Shown here in pieces: positions 18,351-27,607 of a stretch of 64,000 nt of DNA; the stretch's first letter is position 1; every line of letters begins with the position of its first letter. This DNA comes from Myxococcota bacterium (lineage in GTDB: Bacteria; Myxococcota; Myxococcia; Myxococcales; Myxococcaceae): contig JBMORE010000127.1 of the NCBI GenBank assembly GCA_049322255.1, forward strand, positions 1 to 64,000. The letters run 5' to 3'. The notes beneath the pieces are model-generated. The model searched no databases. It saw only the letters and a program-made list of their open reading frames with translations, and was not told the origin of the DNA. A program made the translations under genes and the position numbers.

Positions 18351-21142
18351 GGCGTGACGGTGGCCACTCCCAGGTTTTCGCTCGCTCCATTTTCCCCGTT
18401 GAAACCGCGGCCACCGCCGCCCGCATCGAGGTCGGCGAAGCACCAGGAGAGCCCTCCGTTGCGGCTGAAGCGGTAGGCGTAATGGTAGGTGCCCGCCGCC
18501 ACGCCGGTGAAGCTGGCTTGGTACTCGTCGTTGTTCGCGCCGCAGTTGGTGCAGCCGGCGTTGTAGGTGGCGGACAGCCAGGTCCACCGGCCCGAGACGC
18601 CAGGGTCTTCAACCTTCGGGCCGTAGCCGAGCTCGGCCGAGATGCTGGGGTCGGCGCCCACCGCCGGGGTCACTCCTTGCACGAAGATTTGCCCGTACAC
18701 GGTGGTCGACCCGCTCGCGCTCTGGGTCAGCGTGCCGGGGAATTGCAGCGCGCAATAATCGACGTCGGCATGGGCGATGACCGAAAGCGCGTGCTGCTGC
18801 CCGGCGCTGTATCCCCCGACATCGCTGCCATCGAGGTCGCAATAGGTCCAGGTGGAGCCGTTGTCCACGCTGAAGCGGAACGACACCGCCCGCGTGCCGG
18901 TGTACGCCGGTTGGAATTCGGCCTGGTACTCGTCTTCTCCTGTGGCGACATCGACGTTGAAGGTGGCCTCTTTCCAGCCCCACGCCGCGCCGGAGGCGGA
19001 AGCGTCATCGCCCTGGGTACCCACCCCCACCTGCCCGCGCACGCCCAAGCCCTGGCCGACGCCTTCGGTGACTCCGTTCACGCGCACCCGGCCGTAGGCG
19101 ACGACTTTGTCTCCGCTGGCCACGCTGGTCTTGTCCACGAATTGCAGCTTGCACGCCTGCACCGCGGGCGCTGCGACCACGAGCTTGCCCGCCTGCTGTA
19201 CGTCATAGCCGTTCGTGCTTCCGTCGAGGTCGCAGTACACGTAGGGCCTCGCCTGATAGCGAAAGCGGTACGCCACGTCATACGTGCCGGCTGCCTGCGC
19301 GGGGAGGGAGGCCACGTATTCGTCGCCCGCGCCTTGATCCGACTCGAAGCCCGACGCCACCCAGGTCCACCCGCCGGTGCTGGGTTGGGTTCCGACGGGG
19401 CCAAACCCCAGCTCGGCGACGATGCCGGCTCGAGGGCCGGCGTTCTCGGTCACGCTCACCACCAGCGCTCGACCACGCACCGCCAGCGGCGGCGCGGCGC
19501 CTGGAAGGGCGTACAACATCGCCGGACCGGCCAGCGCGCACTGGTCGATGTCGACTGCCTTCGAGGTGAGCACCCCCGCCTGCGTCGAATCGAAGCCGTT
19601 CCCGCTGCCGTCGAGGTCGCAGTACACGGGAGCGCCACCTTGGTGCCTGAAGCGGAACGCGTAGTGGTAGCTGCCCGCTGCCGGGCCTACCGACGTGGCC
19701 CGGTACTCGTCGGCTTGGTTCGAATCGGTGTCGACGTGGAAAGTCGCCGCCGTCCATTGCCACGCGGCATCAGTGGGAGCGACGTTCACCGGCCCGTAAC
19801 CCAGCTCGCCGGTGATGTTGGCGCCAGCGCCTATTTGGTCGGTGAGCGTCTGCGCCCACACGCGCCCATACACCGTCGAGCTGGCCACGCCCTCGCGCGT
19901 CTCCAGCGCCGGAGGAAACTGCAGCCGGCACTGGTCGATGCCCAGGGGGGTGACGCTCAGCCTCCCGGCCTGGTCCTCGGTGAAGCCGGGCGCGTCCGAA
20001 CCATCGGCGTCGCAGTAGCGGTAGGGGCCAGCGTTGAGCGAGAAACGAAAAGCGAAGCGGTATTCGCCGATTCCAGGATTGGGCAGCGTGGCCATCAGCT
20101 CGTCGTTGGCGCCCCCTCCGGTGTCGGTGTTGTAGGTGGCGTCGACCCACGTCCATGTCGCAGGGTCGGTGCCAACCGCGCCGTAGCCGAGCTGCCCCGC
20201 AATGCCCGCTCCAACGCCGCTCTGGTTGGTGACATTGAGCTTGTAGACCTGCCCGTAGACCACCACCCCCGCCTGGCCCACCTTGAGCCTTACCTGAGGC
20301 GGCGCTTCCACCAACTGTCCGCCGAGCTTGCACCAGTCCACCAGCGGGCGGGTCACGTCGACGGCCGCAAGCTGAGCCGCCGCGGTGCCATTGGCCGAGC
20401 CGTCGCGATCGGCGATTGTCCATGTCGCTCCGTCGTCGAGGGAGAAACGGGCAGCGAGCAGGTAGCGACGCGTCTGCGCGCCCTGCGCTCCCCCCAAAGA
20501 CACCTGCCCTGCATAGCGGTCGCGCGCCAGCTCTCCTAAGTTGGGCCCGTCGGCGTCGCCGACGTAGCTCGCGTCGACCCAGGTGAAGGCGGAAGGGTCG
20601 AGGGGGTCGGTGATGATCGCCTCGCTGTACCCCACCTGCGCGCGCACGCCAGCGCCCTGGCCCTGCCCCAAAGTGAGCCCGGGAACGCTGACCTCGGAAA
20701 GAACATCGACCAGGACAGGGTCGTTCCCCGACGTCTCCTTCGCGTCGGCGGCGTTGAGGAGCACCGACTCGTCGATGACCTTTGCTGGCTCCGGTTGGTA
20801 GGTGAACGCGGCCGCCAGCGTGGCTGTTTGCCCATCGGGGTTCACCACCACCACATCCACCGCTCCGGCAACGCCTGGTGGGGTGAGCGCGCTGACGCGA
20901 CGCTTGGTTTCCACCACCACACCCACTGCCTTGCCGGTGCCGAAGAACAGCTCGAGCCCTTGCTCGAAGTTCGTACCGGCGACGACGACCGCAGTGCCTC
21001 CCGCCGACGAGCCAAACGCGGGAGTTACCGAGGTGACATCCGGCGGCTGAAGCAGGCCTGCGTCGCTCCTTACGTCGGAATCATCTGCGGGGCGTGGGCA
21101 GGCGAGGAGGAGAGCGGCGGGAAGAAAGAGCAGAGAGCGCAT
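18347..21142 (-). CDS. Lipoprotein with one IPT/TIG domain and six tandem ~130-aa beta modules (putative glucan-binding)
   Basis: Lipobox LLLAC; repeat consensus VYG.V...GxGIxAxLGYGP...WTW..A.(Y/F)..D...DEY...G.Y..A.RF....YCDLDG, six copies. Confidence 0.75.
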   Translation of the reverse strand: MRSLLFLPAALLLACPRPADDSDVRSDAGLLQPPDVTSVTPAFGSSAGGTAVVVAGTNFEQGLELFFGTGKAVGVVVETKRRVSALTPPGVAGAVDVVVVNPDGQTATLAAAFTYQPEPAKVIDESVLLNAADAKETSGNDPVLVDVLSEVSVPGLTLGQGQGAGVRAQVGYSEAIITDPLDPSAFTWVDASYVGDADGPNLGELARDRYAGQVSLGGAQGAQTRRYLLAARFSLDDGATWTIADRDGSANGTAAAQLAAVDVTRPLVDWCKLGGQLVEAPPQVRLKVGQAGVVVYGQVYKLNVTNQSGVGAGIAGQLGYGAVGTDPATWTWVDATYNTDTGGGANDELMATLPNPGIGEYRFAFRFSLNAGPYRYCDADGSDAPGFTEDQAGRLSVTPLGIDQCRLQFPPALETREGVASSTVYGRVWAQTLTDQIGAGANITGELGYGPVNVAPTDAAWQWTAATFHVDTDSNQADEYRATSVGPAAGSYHYAFRFRHQGGAPVYCDLDGSGNGFDSTQAGVLTSKAVDIDQCALAGPAMLYALPGAAPPLAVRGRALVVSVTENAGPRAGIVAELGFGPVGTQPSTGGWTWVASGFESDQGAGDEYVASLPAQAAGTYDVAYRFRYQARPYVYCDLDGSTNGYDVQQAGKLVVAAPAVQACKLQFVDKTSVASGDKVVAYGRVRVNGVTEGVGQGLGVRGQVGVGTQGDDASASGAAWGWKEATFNVDVATGEDEYQAEFQPAYTGTRAVSFRFSVDNGSTWTYCDLDGSDVGGYSAGQQHALSVIAHADVDYCALQFPGTLTQSASGSTTVYGQIFVQGVTPAVGADPSISAELGYGPKVEDPGVSGRWTWLSATYNAGCTNCGANNDEYQASFTGVAAGTYHYAYRFSRNGGLSWCFADLDAGGGGRGFNGENGASENLGVATVTP

Positions 21143-21178
21143 GGCGGGGCCGAACCTACCTCCGCCGGTGCCGGAGAG

Positions 21179-21661
21179 CTAACCCTCGAGTGAGGCGCGC
21201 AAGAACCAGGCGTGCTTCTCGAATTCGGTGACGACTGTGGTGAGCAGGTCGACGGTGTCGGTGTCGCCCGCCTTTTCCGCCACCCCGCGCGCCTCGCGCA
21301 CGCCCTCGAGGTACTTCTCGATGCGTTCGGCGAGCAACAGCATGTGCTCCCGGTCGCGGGTCGTCTCCTGCGGGTATTCGGGCAGGCGAGAGCTCTTCGC
21401 CACGTGCCGCGCGGTACCGTACGCCAGCGCGCCCAGCGTCACCGCGCGCTCGGCGATGGCGTCGTTGAATTGCGCCAAGGCGATGGCGAAGGTCTCGAAC
21501 AGCGGGTGGAGCGCGGGAAACTGTGGCCCCTTGATGTTCCAGTGGGCGACCTTGATCTGCCCGTGCAGGTCGAGCCCATCGGCCAACCGTCCATTGAGCG
21601 CGGCGGTGATTTGGGCGCGGGCCTCCTCGGGAAGCGAGCTGGGGCTTCTGTAGAGCTTCAT
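21179..21661 (-). CDS. dps: Dps DNA-protection/ferritin-like protein
   Basis: KVAHWNIKGPQF.ALH.LFE, D.IAER and EKHAWFL. Confidence 0.92.
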   Translation of the reverse strand: MKLYRSPSSLPEEARAQITAALNGRLADGLDLHGQIKVAHWNIKGPQFPALHPLFETFAIALAQFNDAIAERAVTLGALAYGTARHVAKSSRLPEYPQETTRDREHMLLLAERIEKYLEGVREARGVAEKAGDTDTVDLLTTVVTEFEKHAWFLRASLEG

Positions 21662-22194
21662 GGCGTGTCCTTTCCCTCCACCTCGAGCGCGACGGCTGCG
21701 GCGTGGATGGTGGAGGCGATCCGCACCGCGTCGTGAACTTGGTCTTCGGTCAGGCCACCGCTGACCACCACCTGTTCGTGCGACTGGATGCAAGCTTCGC
21801 ACCCGTTGATGGCGCTCACCGCAAGGCAAAACAGCTCGAAATCCAACTTGTCACCGGCGGGCTTCACCAAGCGGTTCATGCGCAGCCGGGCGGGCTTGTT
21901 GGCATAGCTGGGCTTTCCCACCAGGTGGCGGAACCGGTAGTAGACATTGTTCATTGCCATCAACGCCGCGGCGGCGAACGCGTCTTCCACGACGGCGGAG
22001 GGCACCTTGCCTCGGGCCTCCGCAAGAATGGCGTCACGGAGCACTTGGTTGCGCGAGGCGACCGCCGAGGCGATGGCTACCCCGAAGCGCTGGGCCGGGT
22101 GGAGGGACCCGTCCTGGAGCACCGCCTGAAGGTTGAGCCGAACGTCCTTCGCCGGCTCGGGGATTCTCTCCCGTAAGGTTTCGAGCGCGCTCAT
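21658..22194 (-). CDS. ahpD: Alkylhydroperoxidase AhpD
   Basis: AKDVRLNL, MAMNNVYYRF.H and AVSAINGCEACI.SH. Confidence 0.92.
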   Translation of the reverse strand: MSALETLRERIPEPAKDVRLNLQAVLQDGSLHPAQRFGVAIASAVASRNQVLRDAILAEARGKVPSAVVEDAFAAAALMAMNNVYYRFRHLVGKPSYANKPARLRMNRLVKPAGDKLDFELFCLAVSAINGCEACIQSHEQVVVSGGLTEDQVHDAVRIASTIHAAAVALEVEGKDTP

Positions 22195-22198
22195 GGCT

Positions 22199-22738
22199 TT
22201 ACGCCGCCCCGAGTGTCTTTTCGCCCCTCTTCCAATTGCAGGGGCAAAGCTCGTCCGTCTGCAGCGCGTCGAGCACACGCAAGGTCTCGTCGACGTTGCG
22301 GCCCACAGAGAGGTCGTTGACACTCACGTGGCGAATGACACCTGCCGGGTCGACGATGAAGGTCGCTCGCAGGGCCACCCCGTCTTCTTTGTGCAACACC
22401 CCCAGTGCTTGCGACAGCTCTCGCTTGGTGTCCGCGAGCATGGGGAAGGGCAAGTCCTTCAAGTCAGGGTGGTTCTTTCGCCACGCCAAGTGAACGAAGT
22501 GGGTGTCGGTGCTCGCCCCCAGCACCTGGGCGTCACGCTCGGCGAAGTCCTTCTCCCTCCGGCCGAACTCGGCGATCTCGGTGGGGCAGATGAAGGTGAA
22601 GTCCATCGGCCACAGGAACACCACCCGCCACTTCCCTGGGTGACTCTGGTTCGTCAACTCCTGGAATTCCTTGCCCTGCTCCAGGCTCACCGCCGCCTGC
22701 AGCTGGAAGAGGGGAAACTTGTCTCCAACGGTCAGCAT
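22199..22738 (-). CDS. ahpC: Peroxiredoxin AhpC
   Basis: WPMDFTFICPTE, SVGRNVDE and ELCPCNW; RBS AGGAGA. Confidence 0.95.
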   Translation of the reverse strand: MLTVGDKFPLFQLQAAVSLEQGKEFQELTNQSHPGKWRVVFLWPMDFTFICPTEIAEFGRREKDFAERDAQVLGASTDTHFVHLAWRKNHPDLKDLPFPMLADTKRELSQALGVLHKEDGVALRATFIVDPAGVIRHVSVNDLSVGRNVDETLRVLDALQTDELCPCNWKRGEKTLGAA

Positions 22739-22770
22739 GTTTCGTTCTCCTGGTTGTACTGCATTCATAG

Positions 22771-22785
22771 TTAGACGTTGTCTAA
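22771..22785. promoter_or_regulatory. Putative PerR/Fur-family operator upstream of ahpC
   Basis: Palindrome TTAGAC-GTT-GTCTAA. Confidence 0.75.
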
Positions 22786-22814
22786 GTCGCTCGCCAAAAA
22801 AAAGAGAAAGCCTT

Positions 22815-23222
22815 TCAGCGCTTGCCCGTCCGCCGGCCACGCATCACCACCTGGTACTCGCGCACGTCGAAACCCTTGAGCCCCTTGACGTTTCGTACCT
22901 CCAAGGCGCTCCAGGGTACGTCGTGGATGGCGCCCGTCTGGTCATCGACGAAGTGGTGGTGCGCCTCGACCAGGGGGTCGAACACGATGCGACCCTCGGC
23001 GAGCACCAGGGACTGAAGCAGCCCCGCCTCCACGAACAAGTGGAGCGTGTTGTAGACGGTGGCTCGGGAGATCATCGGAAAGCGGCGCTTCACCTTCGCC
23101 CACACCTCGTCGGCCGAGGGGTGCTCGTCGGTGGAAAGCACGTACTCCGCCACCGCCACCCGCTGGGCGGTGGGGGGGATGTCGTGGCTGCGTAGGGTCT
23201 CCACCACGTCCTTCGTCCTCAT
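22815..23222 (-). CDS. Fur-family (PerR-like) transcriptional regulator
   Basis: TAQR, HPSADEV, SRATVYNTL and HHHF; heads the ahpCD-dps cluster. Confidence 0.9.
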   Translation of the reverse strand: MRTKDVVETLRSHDIPPTAQRVAVAEYVLSTDEHPSADEVWAKVKRRFPMISRATVYNTLHLFVEAGLLQSLVLAEGRIVFDPLVEAHHHFVDDQTGAIHDVPWSALEVRNVKGLKGFDVREYQVVMRGRRTGKR

Positions 23223-23228
23223 GGCGAT

Positions 23229-23243
23229 TTAGACTAAGTCTAA
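23229..23243. promoter_or_regulatory. Putative PerR autoregulatory operator overlapping the -10 of the perR-like gene
   Basis: Palindrome TTAGAC-TAA-GTCTAA; minus-strand TTGACG-17nt-TAGTCT with the ATG 8 nt downstream. Confidence 0.75.
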
Positions 23244-23285
23244 GTTTTTCCGCCGTCAACAGGGGCCTCGAGCGCGGGCGGGCGG

Positions 23286-24131
23286 TCAGCCCTTCACTCC
23301 CCCGGCGGTGAGGCCTCCCACCAGGTGCTTCTGCAAGGCGAAGAAGAGCCCCATCACCGGCAAGGAGACGATGAGCGCTCCGGCGGCGAACTTGCCCCAC
23401 TCGACCTTGTACTCCCCCACGTAGCGTTGCAGCGCCACGGGCAAGGTGAAGGTCGCTGCGTCGTTGAGCAGGGTGGCGGCGAGAATGAACTCGTTCCACG
23501 CGGTCATGAAGGAGAAGAGCGCGGTGACCGCCAGTGCCGGGCGCGCCAAAGGGAGCACCACCCGGAAGAAGACCTGCCCGGGCGTGGCGCCATCCATGAC
23601 CGCCGCCTCCTCCAGCTCGCGGGGAATGGTGTCGAAGTAGCCCTTGAGCATCCACACGCAGAAGGGCAGGGAGGAGGTGGCGTAGACCAGCGCGAGCCCT
23701 GTCCACGAGTCGAGGAGCGAGAGCTTCTGGAGAATGGAGTAGAGCGGCACCAACATCAGACAAGCGGGAAACATCTGGGTGACGAGCAGCGTCTGCATGC
23801 CGGCCTGCTTGCCGGGGAAGCGGTAGCGCGAGAGCGCGTAGGCCGCCGAAACCGCCAGCGATAGGCCGATGAGAGTGGTGGCGCTGGAGACGACGACGCT
23901 GGCCAAAAGCTGTCGTCCAAAAAGCCAGCGTCCCATGGAATCGGTGGAGAAGAGCACCGCGGAGAAGTGCTCGAACGAAATGGTGTCGGGCAACGGGCTG
24001 GGTGAAAGCGACAGGCCCTCGGAGGGCGACAGAGCCAGCTTCACCACCCACAACACCGGGTAGAGCGTGGCCACGCAGAGCACGCTCAGGCCCGCATGGA
24101 GAAGGAAGCTGTAGAGCGCTCCGCGTCTCAT
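23286..24131 (-). CDS. malG: Maltose/maltodextrin ABC transporter permease (MalG-like)
   Basis: TQMFP, KGYFDTIPRELEEAAVMDGA (EAA loop), AWNEF and GGLTAGGVKG. Confidence 0.9.
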   Translation of the reverse strand: MRRGALYSFLLHAGLSVLCVATLYPVLWVVKLALSPSEGLSLSPSPLPDTISFEHFSAVLFSTDSMGRWLFGRQLLASVVVSSATTLIGLSLAVSAAYALSRYRFPGKQAGMQTLLVTQMFPACLMLVPLYSILQKLSLLDSWTGLALVYATSSLPFCVWMLKGYFDTIPRELEEAAVMDGATPGQVFFRVVLPLARPALAVTALFSFMTAWNEFILAATLLNDAATFTLPVALQRYVGEYKVEWGKFAAGALIVSLPVMGLFFALQKHLVGGLTAGGVKG

Positions 24132-26332
24132 CCCAAGAGCTCCTCGCTGGCGCGGGTCATGCGCTTGGTGAGGGCGGACCAGCAAAGCAACACCAAGAAG
24201 ATGAGCACCGAATAGGCGGCGGCGAAGCCGTACTGCTCGTTGCGCTGGAAGGCCCACCGGTATGCCTCGGAGATGAGGATGTCGGTAGCGCCTCCCGGCT
24301 CGCCTCCCGAGACCAGGTAGATGATGTTGAACATGTTGAAGGTCCACACGCTGCCCAAGATGACCGCTGGAAGGAGGGCGGGGCGAAGCAAGGGCAGAGT
24401 GATGCGGCGAAACTGCGTCCACCTCGAGGCGCCATCGACCTCCGCGGCCTCGTAGAGGTCTGGTGGAATCGACTGCAGCGCACCCAGCGCCACCACCATC
24501 ATGAAAGGAAAGCCCAGCCAGGTGTTGGTGGCGACGTTGGCGGCGAAGGAGGTCGACCAGCGGGTGAACCAGCTCACCGGCTCCAGCCCGAGCGCCGAAA
24601 GCAAACCGTTGATGGCGCCGAACTGTCGGTGGAACATGCCTTTCCACATCAGGGCGGTGATGTAGTTGGGCACCGCCCAGGGAATGATGAGCAAGACGCG
24701 AAAGACGCCGCGCAGCTTGAGCAGCGGGTCTTTGAGCAGAAGGGCGAAGAACAGCCCGATGCCCACGTGGAGGGCGACGTTGACCAGCGTCCACACCACG
24801 GTCACCACCAGGGTGAAGTAAAAGGACAAAGGCTCGCTGACGCGGTAGCCGCGCGAGGCGAGGATGTCGAAGAAGTTGGCCAAGCCGACGAATGAGTAGC
24901 TGCCCGCGTCGTGATGGAAGAAGGCCAGCGAGATTCCCACGGCGAAGGGAATCATCACCAAGACGAGAAGCCCCGCCGCGGCCGGAGCGACGTAGGCGAG
25001 CGCCCGTCCCAGGTCTGGGTAGCGGCGGGAAAGAGGCTGCGCCGCCGCGGGCTTGCGCCGCACCCACCAGACTCCGCCCACCCCGAGCAAACCGACGACG
25101 GCGAAGTACGGCCAAGGCGAAGCATCGGGTGGACGCTCCCGGTGAAGAGCACGGTAGCGGCGATCGGCGAGGGCCCCGGCGTCTTTGGGCTCGACGCCTC
25201 CCTGGAGCACCGCGCGCAAGGCCAGCTTCATCGGCTCCCACACCCGCGCCATCTCCAGGGTGTTGGGCATCGGGGTGGCGTGAGCCGCCGCGGCGCGAAA
25301 CGAGGAGATGAGCGCATCGTCTCTCACCTGGGCGTGCTCATGAGCGGCGACGTTCGCGGGAACCTGACGCCCGAGGAGCGCTCGCACCTTCGCGGCCTCG
25401 CCGTCGGAGAGAAACCGCGCCAACGCCTGCGCTGCTTCGAGCTGCTTCGAACGGGGGTTGACCAACGCGGCCTCGACTCCGAGGAAAGGACGCATCGGCT
25501 CGCCTGTCTCCGCCACCAGGGGCAAGGGCGCCACCGTGTAGCGGACCGTCGGCGAAATCTCCCCCGCGAACCACGGGCCAGAGATGACCATCGCCGCGCG
25601 CGCGTCATTGAAGAGCGACTTCACCAGCGCGCCCGAGGCCTCCTGGGGAATGAGGTGCGCGTCCTGCAGCCGTTTCACGTAGCTCAAGGACGCCGCCATC
25701 GCCTGCGTATCGAAGCGGGCCCGGCCCCAATCGTCGAACAGCTTGCCTTGGAAGCCGAAGAGGAACGGAGCGTGGAAGTAGAAGTCACCCGACTCGTAGG
25801 CGAGACCGAAACGGTTCTCCTGGGGGTTGGAGAGCCCACGCAAAAGCCGCTCGAGCTCGGCCGTCGTCTTGGGCGCGCTGGGCACCAGCGTGGTGTTGAC
25901 GTACAGCGCCAGCGACTTGAGCGAGAGCGGGTAGCCATACGTCTTGTCGTCGACTTGGAGGGCCTCGAGGGCGTTCTGGAAATACGCCGTACGGTCCAGG
26001 TGCATGCCGACGTCGGCGACGATGCCCAGCCGCGCGAATTGCCGCAGCCGCTCGTGGGCGAAGATGAAAACGTCGGGGCCGGCGCCGTGAGGAATGGCCG
26101 AGGTCAGCTTGGCCGCGAACGCGTCGTAGGGCAGGGCGAGCAGCTCGACCCTTTGCCCGGTGTGCTCCAGGAAGAGCTTCGCGCTTTTCTCCAGCGCCTC
26201 TTCCTCGCTGCCACGGTATGCGTGCCACAGCTTGAGCGGTGCAGCCGCGGCGGGCAGAGCAAGGAGCGTCGCTAAAAGAGTGAAGGTGTGCAGCCGGGTG
26301 AACATCATTGGTGGGCGGCTGAGAGTGCCCAT
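24128..26332 (-). CDS. Fusion of a MalE-like sugar-binding protein and a MalF-like permease
   Basis: Signal peptide; GPDVFIFAHE, F.D..AAM.I.GPW and PMPN..EM..VW (MalE-like), continuing in frame into TM helices with PWAVP, WLGFPFMM and LYEAAEVDGA. Start may be 26308. Confidence 0.9.
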   Translation of the reverse strand: MGTLSRPPMMFTRLHTFTLLATLLALPAAAAPLKLWHAYRGSEEEALEKSAKLFLEHTGQRVELLALPYDAFAAKLTSAIPHGAGPDVFIFAHERLRQFARLGIVADVGMHLDRTAYFQNALEALQVDDKTYGYPLSLKSLALYVNTTLVPSAPKTTAELERLLRGLSNPQENRFGLAYESGDFYFHAPFLFGFQGKLFDDWGRARFDTQAMAASLSYVKRLQDAHLIPQEASGALVKSLFNDARAAMVISGPWFAGEISPTVRYTVAPLPLVAETGEPMRPFLGVEAALVNPRSKQLEAAQALARFLSDGEAAKVRALLGRQVPANVAAHEHAQVRDDALISSFRAAAAHATPMPNTLEMARVWEPMKLALRAVLQGGVEPKDAGALADRRYRALHRERPPDASPWPYFAVVGLLGVGGVWWVRRKPAAAQPLSRRYPDLGRALAYVAPAAAGLLVLVMIPFAVGISLAFFHHDAGSYSFVGLANFFDILASRGYRVSEPLSFYFTLVVTVVWTLVNVALHVGIGLFFALLLKDPLLKLRGVFRVLLIIPWAVPNYITALMWKGMFHRQFGAINGLLSALGLEPVSWFTRWSTSFAANVATNTWLGFPFMMVVALGALQSIPPDLYEAAEVDGASRWTQFRRITLPLLRPALLPAVILGSVWTFNMFNIIYLVSGGEPGGATDILISEAYRWAFQRNEQYGFAAAYSVLIFLVLLCWSALTKRMTRASEELLG

Positions 26333-26339
26333 GCGTGCA

Positions 26340-27422
26340 TCAAGAAACCGCCTCGAGCGTGGGACGCGGCCCCGGATGACGAAGAGCCTGGGTTCCGTCG
26401 GCCGTGAAGATGTGGAGGGCGTCCAACTTGGGGATGACGTTCACCACGTCTCCGACGGCCACCTCGGTACCCTTGTCGAAGCGCGCCGCCATCGGCCCAT
26501 CGTCGGTCGAGAGAAAGGCGTAGCCATCGAAGCCCAGACGCTCCACCGCGTCGACCGTGCCATGGAACGGCCCCTGCCCGGAGACGCGCAGGTCCTGGGG
26601 CCGAAGCCCCAAGAGAACCTCGGGGGTCTCCAGATTCTTCGGAGCCGGGAGGCGAAACGTGCGGCCCAAAAGCTCATCGCCCACCCGCCGCGCGGGAAGG
26701 AAATTCATCGCCGGCGAGCCCAAAAAGCCCGCCACGAAGCGGTTCACCGGCCGGTCGTAGAGCTCGAGCGGTGCTCCCACTTGCTGGAGCACTCCCTGGT
26801 TGAGCACCGCCACCCGCGAGGCGAGGGTCATCGCTTCGACTTGGTCGTGGGTGACGTAAATCATCGTCGTGCCCAGCTTGCGATGCAGCCGCGCCAGCTC
26901 ACCGCGCATCTGCACCCGCAAGGCAGTGTCCAAGTTGGAGAGCGGCTCGTCGAAGAGAAAAATCTTCGGCGCGCGCACGATGGCGCGGCCCATCGCCACC
27001 CGTTGGCGCTGGCCGCCGGAAAGCTGCTTGGGCTTGCGCTCGAGCAAGGTAGACAGCTCGAGCAGCTGCGCCGCTTCGGCTACCCGGGCGTCGATTTCCG
27101 CCTTGGGTACCTTGCGTAAGGTGAGCCCGAAGGCGAGGTTTTCGCGAACGCTCATGTGCGGGTAGAGCGCGTAGGACTGAAAGACCATCGCCACGTCGCG
27201 ATCGCGGGGAGGAAGCTCGTTCATCCTCCGGCCGTCGATGCGCAGCTCGCCGCCGTCGATTTGCTCCAGGCCGGCGATGAGGCGCAACAGCGTCGTCTTG
27301 CCGCAGCCGGAAGGGCCCACCAGCACCAAAAACTCGCCCTCGGCGATGGTCAGATCGACCCCGCGCACGATCTGATTCGCGCCGAAGGACTTGCAGACGC
27401 CGGAGAGGACGACTTCGGACAC
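26340..27422 (-). CDS. malK: Sugar ABC transporter ATP-binding protein (MalK/MsiK-like)
   Basis: GPSGCGKT, LSGGQRQR, FLFDEPLSNLD and YVTHDQVEAMT. Confidence 0.93.
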   Translation of the reverse strand: MSEVVLSGVCKSFGANQIVRGVDLTIAEGEFLVLVGPSGCGKTTLLRLIAGLEQIDGGELRIDGRRMNELPPRDRDVAMVFQSYALYPHMSVRENLAFGLTLRKVPKAEIDARVAEAAQLLELSTLLERKPKQLSGGQRQRVAMGRAIVRAPKIFLFDEPLSNLDTALRVQMRGELARLHRKLGTTMIYVTHDQVEAMTLASRVAVLNQGVLQQVGAPLELYDRPVNRFVAGFLGSPAMNFLPARRVGDELLGRTFRLPAPKNLETPEVLLGLRPQDLRVSGQGPFHGTVDAVERLGFDGYAFLSTDDGPMAARFDKGTEVAVGDVVNVIPKLDALHIFTADGTQALRHPGPRPTLEAVS

Positions 27423-27607
27423 GGCAGGCTCGGGGAGTAGAAAACCTCCGCACCTTACCGCAACGGGTTGGTGAGCGGCGTTCTGTGTGAAAAAACCCGT
27501 CTTCCCACACGGTCGAATTCACAAAGAACGCCCTCGGCCTGGTTGCGAAGTCGGGTTGTGGGGTAATTAGAGGCCCAGCCCGACTGGCCGCCGGGCGGCG
27601 AGCTCCC

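Noticed and set aside
13634..20539. Long antisense ORFs (e.g. 13634..15697 -, 18482..20539 +, and similar ones elsewhere)
   Set aside because: Typical stop-poor antisense shadows of high-GC genes, with no recognisable motifs.
23286..25241. 651-aa MalG with an N-terminal extension
   Set aside because: The extension overlaps the MalE-MalF gene out of frame; the ATG at 24131 overlapping the upstream TGA is the plausible start.
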